Shown: positions 11,487-24,488, counted from the stretch's first letter. The stretch is 64,000 bases of DNA from Guillardia theta CCMP2712 (GCF_000315625.1 NW_005434620.1:360104-424103); one strand, 5' to 3'. The notes: generated from the sequence alone by a model not told the origin. Made by a program: numbers and translations.

Positions 11487-14400
11487 TCATCGGTTGCAGA
11501 GCCAATTGAGAAGAATCTTTTCCATAGTGTCAGGTGCTACGGCAACGACCGTTGTCTTGATACCTGAGAGCAGGTCTGTGAAACCCCGTTCCCAATCCTG
11601 ACAACTCCTCCAGACTCGTGAAACACTTTCATATTCCAGTAGTGAGTCCTGAATGGCGTTATCGAAGCAGGAGCAGGAGCAGGGAGCAGGGAGCAGGGAG
11701 CAGGGAGCAGGGAGCAGGGAGCAGGGAGCAGGGAGCAGGGAGCAGGGAGCAGGAGCAGTCATAGGAATCACGAAGCGAGGGGAAGTGAAGGAGGTGGAGG
11801 TGTGTGTGGAGGATAGACGTGCTGCTCCTACCCATCATGTGAACGATCCTGGCGGCCATGGGTGACCGGGTGAAGGTCGAGGACGCCATATCCAGCTGTG
11901 TTGAGGAGGGAGACGGTAACAGAGGCAGAGGCGGATGAGGAGGCGGAAGGACGTGAAGGAGGGCAAGAGAAAGGCGGAGAAGTGTTGGTGGACAAGGAGC
12001 AGTAGGAGTAGGGAGACGAGAAGTAGGAGGAGGAGTAGGTGGAGCGGAAGCAGCAAGTCAATCATCGTGCCGATCTGGCAAGGGAGAGGAAGTAGATACC
12101 GGCATGGAAGAGCTTGATGGCGATCTTGTTGGCCTCCTGCATGCGAGGATCGTTCATGTACCTCCCTGGCCTCTTGCTGAAATCCCAGCTCCTGCAGGCA
12201 TCAGGTCATCCGGCTGGACCTCTTGTCCTCCAGCATACGCGTCCAGAGTCGAGTCATGAAGCGCTTCCCCTGTCCTCCAAAGGATCTGCACTCGTGCCGT
12301 GAGTCAACGGGGAAGTGGATCAAGAAAAGGAAAAATGAGAAGGAGAGGCGGAGGACAAGAAGGAGCAGAGGAGATGGAGAGGGAAGAGTAAAGAAGAGGT
12401 AGAAAGAGGGGCAGAAGGAGAAGGACGAAGGTTTCCTTACCGTGCCATTGACTCCCTTGAGAGCTTCAATCAGCACCTTCAAGTTCTCCTCGTAGTCTCC
12501 CAGCGGAGCCTGCGAGCAGCGGGCGCGTGAGATGGGGAGCAGCGCCGGCCGCGAACCTTGAGAATGTCAAAGATCTGACTTCCAAGAACAATCACGTCCT
12601 CCTCCTCTGGCGCCTCCCTGCTGATCGTGTCTAGGAGATCGTGGATTGTGCTGTTGAACTTCAGGCGCCCTGTGCCTGCCGCGACTTCCTCTCAGGCCTC
12701 GGGGCTCCTCCACTCCCTTCCCTCACGTTCGTCGGTGATGCCCAGCGGAAGCTCGGCGAACGGCTGGTGATCGGCAAACCTCGCAAACCAGTGGAAGACG
12801 ATCTTGGGGGGGCCAGGGAAGACTAGGTCCTCGTGCTCCTTGATGGCGTTGCCTGTGGCGGAGGGTGAGGAGGGAGGGAGGAGGAGGAGCATTGCTCACA
12901 TGTGGAGTTGAGGAGGCAGACAAGGTCGTAGTACATGGTGCGAACGAGCGATGTGCCGGAGAGGAACAAAGTCGGAGGCTTTCCTCCCTTGCCGACGCAG
13001 CGCTTCAGCTGTGAAGCATCAGGGTGAGCAAGCAGGGGAGGAGGAGGGAAAATCACGTCCGAGCCGTTGTAGGGGCGGAGGACACATCGATATGGAACCC
13101 AAACCCAAGGATCGGCACGCGCTCTGCGTTTGATTCAGAATAAGAGAAAGGACGGCAGAGAGGAGGTGACGTGAGGGGAGAGGAGAGATGGATGGAAGGA
13201 AGGGAGAATTGGGGCATGGTGTGGAATGGAGGCTCACGATAGGAAGGGAGGATGGAGAGAGAGAGAGAGGGATAGAGGGTCGAGGGAGGGATGGGATGGG
13301 AGGGAGGGAAGGATGGGAGGGGAGGGAGGGGAGGGAGGGGAGGGAGGGGAGGGAGGGAAGGGAGGGATGGGAGGGATGGGAGGGAGGGAAGGGAGGGAAG
13401 GATGGGATGGGAGGGAGGAAGGGAGGGAAGGGAGGGATGGGAGGGAGGGAGGGAGAGGAAGGGGGAAGGACGGTCACCCATCATCATCATGCTGGTCAAA
13501 TCTTTGAGATTCTATACCCCCACAGTAGTCTCCGTGCCACTGGCAGACATCCCTCCTCACCCACCTCCCCCCACCCCACAGGTAAGGATCCGCAGCACTT
13601 GCTCTGCCCTTGCACAGACCCTGAGGCTGCTTGTTCGGCCCACCGTCATCCTCCCGCTGGCTCCACCCCTCTTCTACCTCCTCCACCTTCTCCACCATCC
13701 TCTGCCCCTCCTCGTCATCGTCAACCAAGACGGTGAAGGGACTTCCATAGATGTGCTGGTTGACAAAGAACCGAGGAATCCCCTGACCTGGATCCGCGAT
13801 CCCGCTGCCGCTAGCATGCAGGAGCAGGATCTGATGAAACAGGAGGTTAACCCATTGCACATGTCACAGACAGCTTACGGTAGCAGTGTACAACCCCGGC
13901 TCCCTCGGGCGCCATGTGACCAAGTACTCCCCATCCGCCCTCTCCTCCACCTCCCCCATCACAATGGCAGGCCCCGAAAACCTTGCACGGAAGAAATGAG
14001 CTGAGTAAGGCGTGCCGTCGGCGTCGGCGACTGTGATGTTGAACCTGATATAGCAAGGGAGCCCTCAGATGCCGCCGGGGGATGGACAAGGAGGAGACTC
14101 ACATGCATGCTCGACTTGCAGAGCACTTGGACGCGCTCGCTAGGTCGATTCTGATGTCGTTAACCCACTTCCAGCCATTCTTGACCCAGATGCTCCTCGA
14201 GTCCTGGCGGCAGCAACACCCTCAGAGGTGCTAGCAGAGCAGGGCTTGCCCTCCTCCACCTTCTCGTGTGCGAAGCCGTCCTCATCCACGATGTTGATCC
14301 GAATGTTGTGGCGCCCAACCACCAGCCCAGGCACTGCGACAGTCAGAGTCGCGTGTTCGTTGACTAGTGCCTCTCTCCCGTTGATGACGAGCTGCACACG

Positions 14401-14631
14401 CCATCCCGGAGGGAGCGATGAGATTTCGTACCTGTTACATGATCATCATGGTGACTTGAGGCAGATGGTATGATGTCACTTGATTTGGACAGATTGGTCT
14501 TCGTAGAAAACTTCATCCTTGGACGGTAAATCGACGTGGACTCGCACGTCTTCAACATCGATCTGTGATGATTCCGTGGTAGCAAGGAGAACCGCGAGGG
14601 AGATCAAGATGAGGGAATTGATAGAAGTCAT
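11487..14631 (-). CDS. Secreted SGNH-fold PC-esterase/NXPE-like acyl-esterase or acyltransferase with Ig/filamin-like N-terminal region (many exons)
   Basis: Signal peptide MTSINSLILISLAVLLATTES; HIYGSPFTVLV (filamin-like end); block-I-like LFLSGTSLVRTMYYDL. Splicing joins VLDLHPVTHGRQDRSHDG|THYW to give the catalytic DxxH. The C-terminus ILLNWLCNR* is typical of this family. Confidence 0.7.
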
Positions 14632-15546
14632 AGAAGGGAACGCAGACAGCCAGGAGCAGTACGAGGGAGTAAGTATAGCCAAACTGACTGTAACTAGAAG
14701 CGTTGTAAAGCAGGATAGTTTTCTTGCTGCAAGTCAGGTATGAAACTAGAGCTAGGGATTGAGGGAGTGGAGTAGGAGCACTACATGGGGAAGGTCAGAG
14801 AGAGGAGGGGGAGGCAGAGAGAGGAGGGGGAGAGAAGGGGAGGGAGAGGGAGGGAGGGATTCTGCATTGCGAGCCTTTCCAGACATGGATATGAATAAAA
14901 TGGGATCGATGTCTCAAGTTTCCGACCCGGCCGGGCCCGGCCCGGGCGGCACATGAGTAGTGACTCAGTTACTCAACTTGAAGTATACGGTATCATAGTA
15001 CGGCGAGCTCGACGCGGCGCGGCCGATGATGTCGTGACGAAAGCCATGATCCTGGACCGGATGCCCTCGGATCTTCCTCTGTGCTGCTGCCATACGCTAT
15101 GTTGAAGTTTGCTCAGTCCGAGCGGCGGCCGACACGATCGGACTTACCGGGTCCGACCTGGCCGAGCCGCTAAGTTTTAGCAAATAACCCGGGGCGGCCC
15201 GGCCTGTAACTGAGGCAGTCATTTTCAGCGCCTTATGAGCCTCACTGGGACTGAATGTGACAAGGATGAGGGGTACACTCAAGATCACTACGGGTACTTT
15301 CCATGTTGTGATGAGGGGTGTCCAATAGGAGAGTTGCCAAATTCAGGGGTCCTCTGTTACACGGTACATGAGTGAGCCCTGAGGTCTATTTCCGCTCAGC
15401 CGCTCAAAACTTCCGGAGGGGGGCTCTCAATATACTAATATGACTACCCCACCCAGTGAATGAGCTGGTTCGATGAGGGGTATTTTTAAGTTTCATCACA
15501 ATGAATCGATACCCCGGCGGGAGAAACTGAAGTCGGAGCGAAGAAC

Positions 15547-16902
15547 ATGTCGGAGGAGGCCCCGCTAGTCAAGGATATCTCCAAGAACATCCCCAAGGAT
15601 CTCGACTGGTGAGAGTGAGCGAGTGATCACTTGCGAGCAGGAAGAGACGGAGAGAGAGAGAGGAAGAGGACGGAGAGAGAGAGAGGAAGAGGAGGTTCTA
15701 CTGAGAGGACCTGGCGAGTGAGAGAGTGAGCGATTGCGATAGGGGGAGACAGGCATTGATTGTGTGATAGAGAGGACGACTAGTGAGAGAGGACGACTCG
15801 TAAGTGAGAGTGCGAGAGAGGACGAGCGTGCTTGTGTGCGAGGATACGTGCGAAGTCAAAGCACTGGCGGCATGCCCTTGGACAAATTACGGGCCAGTTG
15901 GCGGAGAATCTGAAGTATGGTGTCGTTGCAGGAGCGAGACTATCTACCCTCAGTTTGTCAAGGACGGTTTCGTGACCGCAACCAATGTCGTCAAGTCCTC
16001 CGCTCAAGTCGTCGGTGCTGAACTTGACCAACATTATTGTATCATCGTTCTAACTGTAGTTCCAGGCCAGGGTGCTGGGGCTGTCGGTATATTTTCATCC
16101 TCATTCGCAGACATTCCTTGTATCGTATCTTGAAACTTGTGCCTGATCAGGTGGAGCTGTTGCTGGCGGCGTGAACGCTGTCGGTGGTGCTGTCTCAAAC
16201 ACTGCTGGTGCCGTCACGAGCTTTGTCCCCACTCCTCCCACTTTCAACGCAGCACCTGCTCGCTGGGGCGGCAGTGAGCCCTCCATTGAGGAAAGGACTA
16301 AGGCAGACATTGCTGGATGGTTGGAGAAGGTCAAGCTTGAAAGCCTTCAGGCCGATTTTGCCAGTGCCGAGGTAATCTTGTTGTGATGCTAGTTGAATTC
16401 CTGCGCGTTGCTTGTAGGATCGATTTCCCTCTCCCTCTAGTGGATCGGAGCTCTGATTGAATGGTTGTAGGTCGATGGTCCTGCTCTTGCCGCCATGGTC
16501 CAGACTTGGGAGTCCGACAAGCTTGGTACGCGAAGGAACCATGGAACGATGAACTCTGTTGATTTCCTGGGATTAGGTTTCGTCAAGTATGCTCAGGAGA
16601 ATCTTGGATGCAAGAAGCCTGGACAGGCCTTCCGTTTGGGTAAATCCAAGACTGAAGTTATGGGATGATGCTGATTGCATACGTGCTCCAGGATATTCTC
16701 TCTCCAGACTTCACGCGTACAAGGTCGGTTTGCTCTCAGATTAGATTGCACTATCGCCCTTGTGGTGGTGACTATTGTCTTTAGTGGCCCAAGAAGGAGG
16801 AGCCTGAGAAGCCCAAGGACGAGAAGCCACAAGCAGGTACGCCCTTCTCGTTGCTCCGGTCACCTCGCCGCCTTGATCCTCATTGACAGAAGCAGCAGCT
16901 GA
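15547..16902 (+). CDS. SAM-like domain protein, multi-exon
   Basis: Starts MSEEAPLVKDISK. Spliced segment DIAGWLEKVKLESLQADFASAE|VDGPALAAM...LGCKKPGQAFRL matches the SAM pattern (V..WL..l.L......F....iDG..L...LG....G). Confidence 0.55.
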
Positions 16903-17757
16903 GTCCGACGTCTGAACGGGACGTAGCAGCTCGCGCTCTGTGTAAAATCTATTTGCGAGAAGAGCAGGCACTTCATGCATGTTCTGGAATGATTCAGCAT
17001 TAATCTTCATTGAATTATTTTGTACTGTTATAAACCGACAGTCGTCATTCGGGGGATCCAAAAGCTGCCAGGCATTCGGAGAAGTGTGATTCATATCTGT
17101 CTCGTTCTCTGCCGGCATGTCAAGTCACTCAAGAGCGCGACAGAAAACTTCTTGTTTCAACTTGCATCCCAATATCGGATATCTCAAACAACGTATCATC
17201 CGTGCATCGTCGGATCGAAAACTGTTTCTAGCAAGATCTGAACATTCTCACTGTCACACTGAAGTTACACCCATGTTCTGCTTCTCTTTTCGCTCCTCTT
17301 TCAGTCTGAGTCTCTTAATCCCATCTCGTCTCGCTCCTCCTCTTGCTCTCCTCCGCCTCCCCTCCCCTCCGTTTCCTCCCATCCTGCCCATTGAACGGCT
17401 CGGTAAATTTCCCGTAGACCTTGTCGCAGGTTCATTAAGGAGTACCGGGTACTTTCTAACATTAGATGGGGGTGGGGTACTTCTCTGAATTGCACTCCGA
17501 AATGGCGGACTTCATGACGTGGCCAAGGAAGGAGTAAGCAGAGAGCAGGGAGAAGGGAGCAAGAGCAGAAGTCAGGATCAGACAAGAGGGGGAGGAGGAG
17601 GAGGAGAAGGAGGAGGAGAAGGAGGGGATAGCTGTCACGAGACCAACCAAGATTCATCTTGCTCGTCCAGCGCCTTCTGTTTTGGTGTGTTGGAGGAGGA
17701 GCAGGCGATGAATTGAACTGTGCACAAGACATTGAGGAGCATCCGAGGTCTAGCAAC

Positions 17758-20700
17758 ATGTTGAGATGGCGGCGGCTTGTCTTCTTGGCCGGCGTCCTTG
17801 TCGTGTTTGGGTTCATCAACCTGATCATGCTCTCTAGCCTGTCCGACGACCCAGCGCTCGACGTCCGCAGGCACGAGCACTTCCTGAGCCCCTCGGAGGG
17901 AGGGCGGAGGAGCTTCAGGGACCGAGCGAAGATGGCGATCCAGAGCATCCTGAAGAGGAGCACACGGCGAAGAGCCGTCATTGTGACCAGCCTGCCCCTC
18001 GACCACAGCGTCGGAGCCCTGCTGCATGTGCTGGTGGAGAACGGGTTCAAGACCAAATTCTGCCGGGAGGAGGTGAACTCCTGCCTGGCTCCTCCTCCGG
18101 ACGGGCAGGTGGTGTACAGCTTCGCATGGCTGAAGCGGGAGGGGCATGAGCTGGCGGAGAGGGTGAGGGGGTCGGTGGTGACTATCAACTCGTTCGGGGC
18201 CGGGTGGAAGATGTGGAGCAGGCGATCTCTGTGCTTGGCGAGCAGCAGGAACGCGCGCTGGTTCAACGGATCCTCCGGCTACATCGACTGGCATCCCCCG
18301 TGTTTCAATTTCCCTGCGCGGGCTGAGGACGTGTACAAATTGAAGGGATCGGAGGTGAGGGGAACATTCAGCGACCGAGAAGAACACTGTCTTGCTGTCT
18401 TGCTGTCTTGCTGTCTTGTCATATTTTCTGCTTTCTCTAATCTCTTTTGTTTACTCTTCTTCTTGACTTCGTGTCTTCTCTTCACTTCTGTTCGTCTTTC
18501 CTTCTTCCCTGCCAACTTCGCTTCTCCAGCATACCATTTCATATCATGTCTCAAGCCGTGTTGACCTGACCCGTCGTTCTCAGAAACCCTGGATCCTTCA
18601 CAGTTCAAGTCAACCCAAGAAGACTTTGTTTCGGTCAGGGTGAGTTGTTCTCCGTGGTTGATCATCCAGCGTTACGTTAAACCGTTCCCTCCAGTTCTGA
18701 GGCCATCGAAAACGTACAAGTCGGCGTGTTGCAGGCAAATACTGCCTGTCTAGCCTGCCTGCCTGCTGACAGCAATGTGAAGGAGTACATCTCAAGCCCG
18801 CTCCTGATCTACGGCAAGAAGTTTAGCCTGAGATTCTACGTCGCTGTGAGCTCAGAACGATCAGTTGTGTGAAGTTCCATGACAAGGAGGGCAGGTCACG
18901 TCGTTGAACCCTCTGCGCTCCTACATCTTTGACGACGCCAACGTTGCGCTTGCTCGTGAGGCCTTCTCGGTGAGACGAGGACGTCCTGACCGTCCTGACC
19001 GTCCTGACCGTCCTGACGGTCCCCGTGGCTGCTAGGGAGCGAGCGAGGAGGGGCACAGGACCTCGGAGGTGGAAGGAGACGCGAAGATGGTACATGGGCA
19101 GTTGATGGGGAAGCGACGCGTTGACTGGAAGTCCCTGCCGCAGTTGACGTGGAGGGGCAGAAGAGCGTGCTGGAGTACCTGAACGCGTCGGGACTTGAGG
19201 TGGAGGAGAGAAGGGGAGGAGGAGACGCTCAATGGGGCCTGGCAGGTCGGGGACCTCGAGAGGAAGATCGAGGAGAGGATCGCCGTTGCTGTGCTATCCG
19301 CCTGCACCCTCCACTCGTCCCCTGTTGATGTGAGACAGGAGGAAATGACTACTTGCTTCTCTTGACTGATACGTCAACTCCCCTCCCTCCCTACCTCCCT
19401 GCCTGCGTGCCTCCATCCCTCCCTCCTCTCGCTCCCTCTCGCTCCCTCTCCGCCCTCCGCCCTCCGCCCTTGCTTCCTCTCTCCCTCTCCGCCTTCCACC
19501 GCCCATTTCTTGGTCTCCCTTGCACTTTTCCTACAGGGTGCTTCTCGCTTGCGACGCTTCAAGCTCCTGGCTGTACATGTCTTGATTGATTCTTCTCTTT
19601 CCCCGTGGGTTGTCAAGGTGAAGAATCTCCTTCATCATCTCCTATATCACTCCTGCATTGTTCTTCTCTCAGCTGACGAAAGGGCCTCCTGTCCTCACTT
19701 CTTCTCCTCTCTTCCCTCCTTCCCTCCTTCCCTCCTTCCCTCCTTCCCTCCCCCATCTCCTCCTCCTCCCCACCCGCCCCCTTCCTTCCCTCTTCTCCTC
19801 TCCCCTCCTCTCCCCTCCTCTCCTCACTCCCCTAACACGTTTGCCCACTGCTTCAGATCGACCCCTCCCCCAACCTCAACGTCCGCAGCATCTCAAAACC
19901 ATCGGCGAAGCCACTGCAAAAGGCCTTCAGAAAGCTGCTGGCGGCACAGGAAGACCGCAAGAAAATGTCCTGGCTGACTCGTTTCAACACCATCAGACTT
20001 TTCTCGCGCATGAGACAAACAGGTCTGAGACAACCCTCCTTCTTCCTCCTTCCTCCTCCCTCCCACCATTCTCTCCTCTCTCCTCACTTCCTCCTTCCAC
20101 CCTCTTCTCCCTCCTCCCTTTCTCTCCCCTCCCGTCGTCTCTTCCTCCCTCCTCCCTCTTCATCCCTGCTCAACCATCCACCACAGCCGAGATGAAGGAC
20201 GACGAGTTCACTCCAGGAACCAAACTTCGGGTCAGCTTGCACGTCTTGCAACAGAGTCTCTGACTGCTGACGGTCAGGTCGACATGCTGAGTGGACTACT
20301 GAAACTTCTCGACGTCCATGGCATCTCCCCGTCTCCTAAGAAGAGACTTACAGAGGAGCTGCTCTTGACCTCCCTTGAGAAGAAGGTCGACGACTTCCCC
20401 TCTCTGTACCTCTGCTTTCTCGCTCCCTTGACCCCTCCTATTTCCTTCCTGAAATTTCTCCGCTCCCTCTCCCTCACCCTCGGCGCTCTCTGCCTCTGCC
20501 TCTGCCTCTGCCTCTGCCTCTGCCTCTCCGAGGTTTCCTCTCCCCCCCTCCCCTCATCCTCTGCTCTGCCTCTGCCTCTTCCCCCTCTGCATCCATCTCC
20601 ATCCTCTCTTCTCCCCTCCCGTGCATGCCTCCTATCTTCCTTTCATCCCTCCCCCCACCTCCCACTTGCCGCCCTGACGTCACTTCAGATCTCCTCCTGC

Positions 20701-21058
20701 GTCAACAAGTCCATCGACGAGATGACGTCCAAGAGCAGCGAGAGCAGCGCGAGGAAGGTAACGGGCCGGATGGACTGCCGTCTGTGCCATGACAGGCTTT
20801 CTCCCGCAGCAGGTGTCAGGCAAGCAGATCAGCGCCATTGTAGCCTTCGAGCAAGAGAGGAGGAGGTTGAAGGGGCGGGGGGTGGCGAGCTTTGTTTCCC
20901 CGGGAGGGGGATATGCGGAAGATTCGCAGGCAGGTGTCTTCGAGGAGGAAGGACCTGTTCCTGCAGTGGTGGATCCTTCATCAGAGGTCACGATGTTTTG
21001 CGAGTGCGGGTCAAACTTGATCAAGCTGTTATGCTGCCTTTCCTTGTTTCAAGTATGA
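17758..21058 (+). CDS. Tubulin-tyrosine-ligase (TTL)-like ATP-grasp protein with N-terminal signal anchor and degenerate active site
   Basis: Exons encode EYISSPLLIYGKKFSLRFYVA|VTSLNPLRSYIFDDANVALA and FKLLAVHVLIDSSLSPWVVK|IDPSPNL, equivalent to TTL YI..PLLI.G.KFDLR.YV and FELFGFD...D....PWLLEVN..P. N-terminal hydrophobic LVFLAGVLVVFGFINLIML. 3' end uncertain. Confidence 0.72.
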
Positions 21059-21563
21059 TGTTTCATGAATCTTCCATGTTAGCAATCATTGTCTTCTAAC
21101 TTTACTCTGGAGCTCGCTGGCCCCTCGATCAACTTTAGCTTGTACCTGCTTCCCGCTCCCTCCCTCCCTCCCTCCCTCTCTCCCTCCCTCCCTTCTTCCT
21201 CCCCCTGCTCCTGCTCCTCCCCCTGCTCCTCCTCTTCCTCTTCCACTCCCTGCAAGGCCTCGTCCTTGCCGTCGTACTCCCCTTGCGATCCTTCTACCTC
21301 TGCTCCTCCTCCTACCCCATCACGTTTCCTTCCACTCGTTGAACCTTGACATATCATCAACACAACTTCGCTCTTCCCCTCCCCTCCTCTTACCACTCAC
21401 TGTCGCTCATCAGCTCCAACACCTTCCTTGTTGGACCCTCTGTGACAATCTGAGCAACATGGTACAGTTCCTCCTCCTCCTCCTCCTCTCACCTTGAGCC
21501 AAGTCCGCTCCTCCCCACCTCGTGATGTATGCTGGAGGACCAGTCTGTTTGCATTGTTTAGGA

Positions 21564-21760
21564 TCATGATGATGATGTTTGGATGATGATGATGATGATA
21601 ATGATGATGATGATGGTGGTGGTGGTGGTGGTGGTGGTGGTGGTGATGGAATGATGGAAATGGTGGCGGCGGCGGTGGTGATGATGATGATGATGACGAC
21701 GACGACGACGATGATGATGATGATGATGATATGATGATAATGATGATATGAAGAAGAAGA
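21564..21760. repeat. Compound trinucleotide microsatellite (GAT/GGT/GAC)n
   Basis: Directly visible. Confidence 0.9.
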
Positions 21761-22432
21761 TGATATCTTGATGATAGTAGATCTGAAGATGGCGAGAAAT
21801 CCCTCACATCAGGTTCAGCATAGAGAGCAGAAACGTTGGAGGCCGCGAGGAGTTCCATCTCTCTCAGCTCTCTAGCGCAGGAAGGAAGTCAAAAACATCT
21901 TGGCCTTGAAGAGCTCCAGTACCTGTCCCTGTAGTACTTCTCCTTCAATCTCGCCGCATCCTCCTCGCCATGAACTGACGACTGTCAGTCACGCGCTGAG
22001 AGACGAAGAGGAGGAGATCACCTGAGCTTCGCAGTGCTGTACGCCCTCCTCCTTCGTACCGTGCACCAGAGCGCAAACTACGTGGAAGGGGGCGCGAGCT
22101 CAGGAACGCATGGGCTGCCGGCGCAGGCAGAGAGGAGGAGGAGGAGAGGGAGGAAGTTAGAGCAAGCAGGACAACCAGGAACGAGCAAGGGAACGCGTAA
22201 TGATGAACTCTCGCAGCCCCTCGAGCCTCTTCCCCCTCCTCCATCGCGTCTCCACCACGGTCCCTAAGGACTTCGCTGATTCCGCCAAACGCCCCCTTTG
22301 CCCCCTTGTACCCCTTTTCTTCCCCCCCTCCCTGAATCCCCGCCGCCGCCGACTCGTCCTCCTTGGATCTGCCAGCCCTCCCGCTTCTCGCTCTTTCTCC
22401 CTCCTCCCTCCTCCCTCCTCCCTCCTTCCTGC

Positions 22433-24488
22433 ATGTCTTCTACAGCTGTATGGCGAACATGTTGGCCGACAACTATCGTCATGGTCGCGTGCATGGCGGC
22501 AATCCAGGCAGCAGGAGCGGCTGCGCCTTCCCATCCTCCAGCCTTCGTTCTTCGCGCCCCCTCGCTGCATGGAGCACAAGTTATCAACCGGCGGAGGTCA
22601 CAGAGAATGGCGGTGACCGCCATAATGGAAGGTGATGGCGGGGGAGGCGGACGGAGGAGGGAAGGAGGGTGACGCTTGTGGAAGCAGAGGAGGTGAAGGT
22701 CAAGGCCTGACAGCGGGTCTCTCTGCCAGTGTACTCGGTCTGCTCAGGGCAAGGGAGCCGAGCGAGCATGAACATCGCAACGTACGTCAGGTATCCGCCA
22801 TGTGTGTCAGGGGGTGCGAAACTTACCCGGTCATGGCCAGCGCCGCCTCGATCCCCCGCGAAGGGCAGGCGCCCATGTACTCGGTCGCGCTCTTCAAGAC
22901 CTCGGTGTCGTATGAGAACGTGAAGGCAAGCGGGGAGATGCTGCTGCAGCTGCTGAGCAAGGAGCAGGTTCAGGCTGCGAGGGTACGAACATGAGAGCTG
23001 GCTGACTCTTAGAGCCTGCAGTCGAACCTCGTTGAGACCCTCGGGAGGAAATCAGCTCGTGACGTCGACAAGCTTGAGGAGGCGATGAAGCTCGGGTACC
23101 AGGTCGGATACCACGATGACATCCCCTTCATCGAAGAATCGCTCTTCGTGTGCAAGCTCCAGGTGTCCTCCTGCCCCCCAAAAAAGCCCCCAAAGGGAGA
23201 TAAGCTTGGAATAAATGTTCTTGCAAGGAGAATACGGAGGCCCATGTGTTTTATCTGGTTGATGCAATGATAAAGAACATCCAACATCGTTCGACATGCT
23301 GCCACGGATATTACGAAACACGCCCCCTATCGCAATCTCGACGTTCTAGTCGAAAGAGATGGGCGTGACGTGGCTATTCGTTCGTGCCTAGGGATGATAG
23401 GTCACACGAGGATGTATACTTTGGATAAACTGCTCTAATCNNNNNNNNNNNNNNNNNNNNNNNNNNNNNNNNNNNNNNNNNNNNNNNNNNNNNNNNNNNN
23501 NNNNNNNNNNNNNNNNNNNNNNNNNNNNNNNNNNNNNNNNNNNNNNNNNNNNNNNNNNNNNNNNNNNNNNNNNNNNNNNNNNNNNNNNNNNNNNNNNNNN
23601 NNNNNNNNNNNNNNNNNNNNNNNNNNNNNNNNNNNNNNNNNNNNNNNNNNNNNNNNNNNNNNNNNNNNNNNNNNNNNNNNNNNNNNNNNNNNNNNNNNNN
23701 NNNNNNNNNNNNNNNNNNNNNNNNNNNNNNNNNNNNNNNNNNNNNNNNNNNNNNNNNNNNNNNNNNNNNNNNNNNNNNNNNNNNNNNNNNNNNNNNNNNN
23801 NNNNNNNNNNNNNNNNNNNNNNNNNNNNNNNNNNNNNNNNNNNNNNNNNNNNNNNNNNNNNNNNNNNNNNNNNNNNNNNNNNNNNNNNNNNNNNNNNNNN
23901 NNNNNNNNNNNNNNNNNNNNNNNNNNNNNNNNNNNNNNNNNNNNNNNNNNNNNNNNNNNNNNNNNNNNNNNNNNNNNNNNNNNNNNNNNNNNNNNNNNNN
24001 NNNNNNNNNNNNNNNNNNNNNNNNNNNNNNNNNNNNNNNNNNNNNNNNNNNNNNNNNNNNNNNNNNNNNNNCCCCCCCCCCCCCCCCCTCCCCCCCCCCG
24101 ACCCTTTCCCTCTCCTGCACTTCTCCCTTTCTCCTGGCATTCGTTCCCTCCTCGCTCTATGACTCTCTCTCTCTCTCCTCTCCTCCCTTTCGCCCTCCTG
24201 CCTCCTCTCTCCCTGCCTCCTGCCTCCTGCCTCCCCCCTCCTGCCTCCCCTTCTCCTGGGGTGGCCCCTCCAACCTTCTCCTACGATTGCCAGCATGACA
24301 AAGTGGTGCAGGTACGGGGATGGCTGGATGCGAGCGACCACGAGCTCACACTCTGCGAGGCGAGCGCGAGTTTCCTGGTTTGCAGGAGGCTGACGATGCA
24401 GGAGCAGGTAACCGACATCATTGCCTCGCGTCCAGGAGAGACGCTGTACACAGGGTACCTCAAGGAGATCGGAGTCCTTCCCAGATGA
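22433..24488 (+). CDS. Flavin reductase-like (FMN split-barrel) protein, probably with a bipartite targeting presequence
   Basis: VYSVCSGQGSRASMNIAT...YSVALFKTSVSYENVKASGEMLLQLLSKEQ...LGRKSARDVDKL...IPFIEESL...DASDHELTLCE...LYTGYLKEIG. Hydrophobic N-terminus followed by ...PAFV and a basic stretch. Spans the N-gap. Confidence 0.65.
23441..24071. other. Assembly gap
   Basis: Run of N. Confidence 1.

Noticed and set aside
13019-13736. Pro-rich or Gly/Arg-rich ORFs (similar ones at 4094-4450, 8089-8376, 19658-20263, 21397-21858, 62730-63629)
   Set aside because: Translations of intronic or intergenic microsatellites and polypurine tracts.
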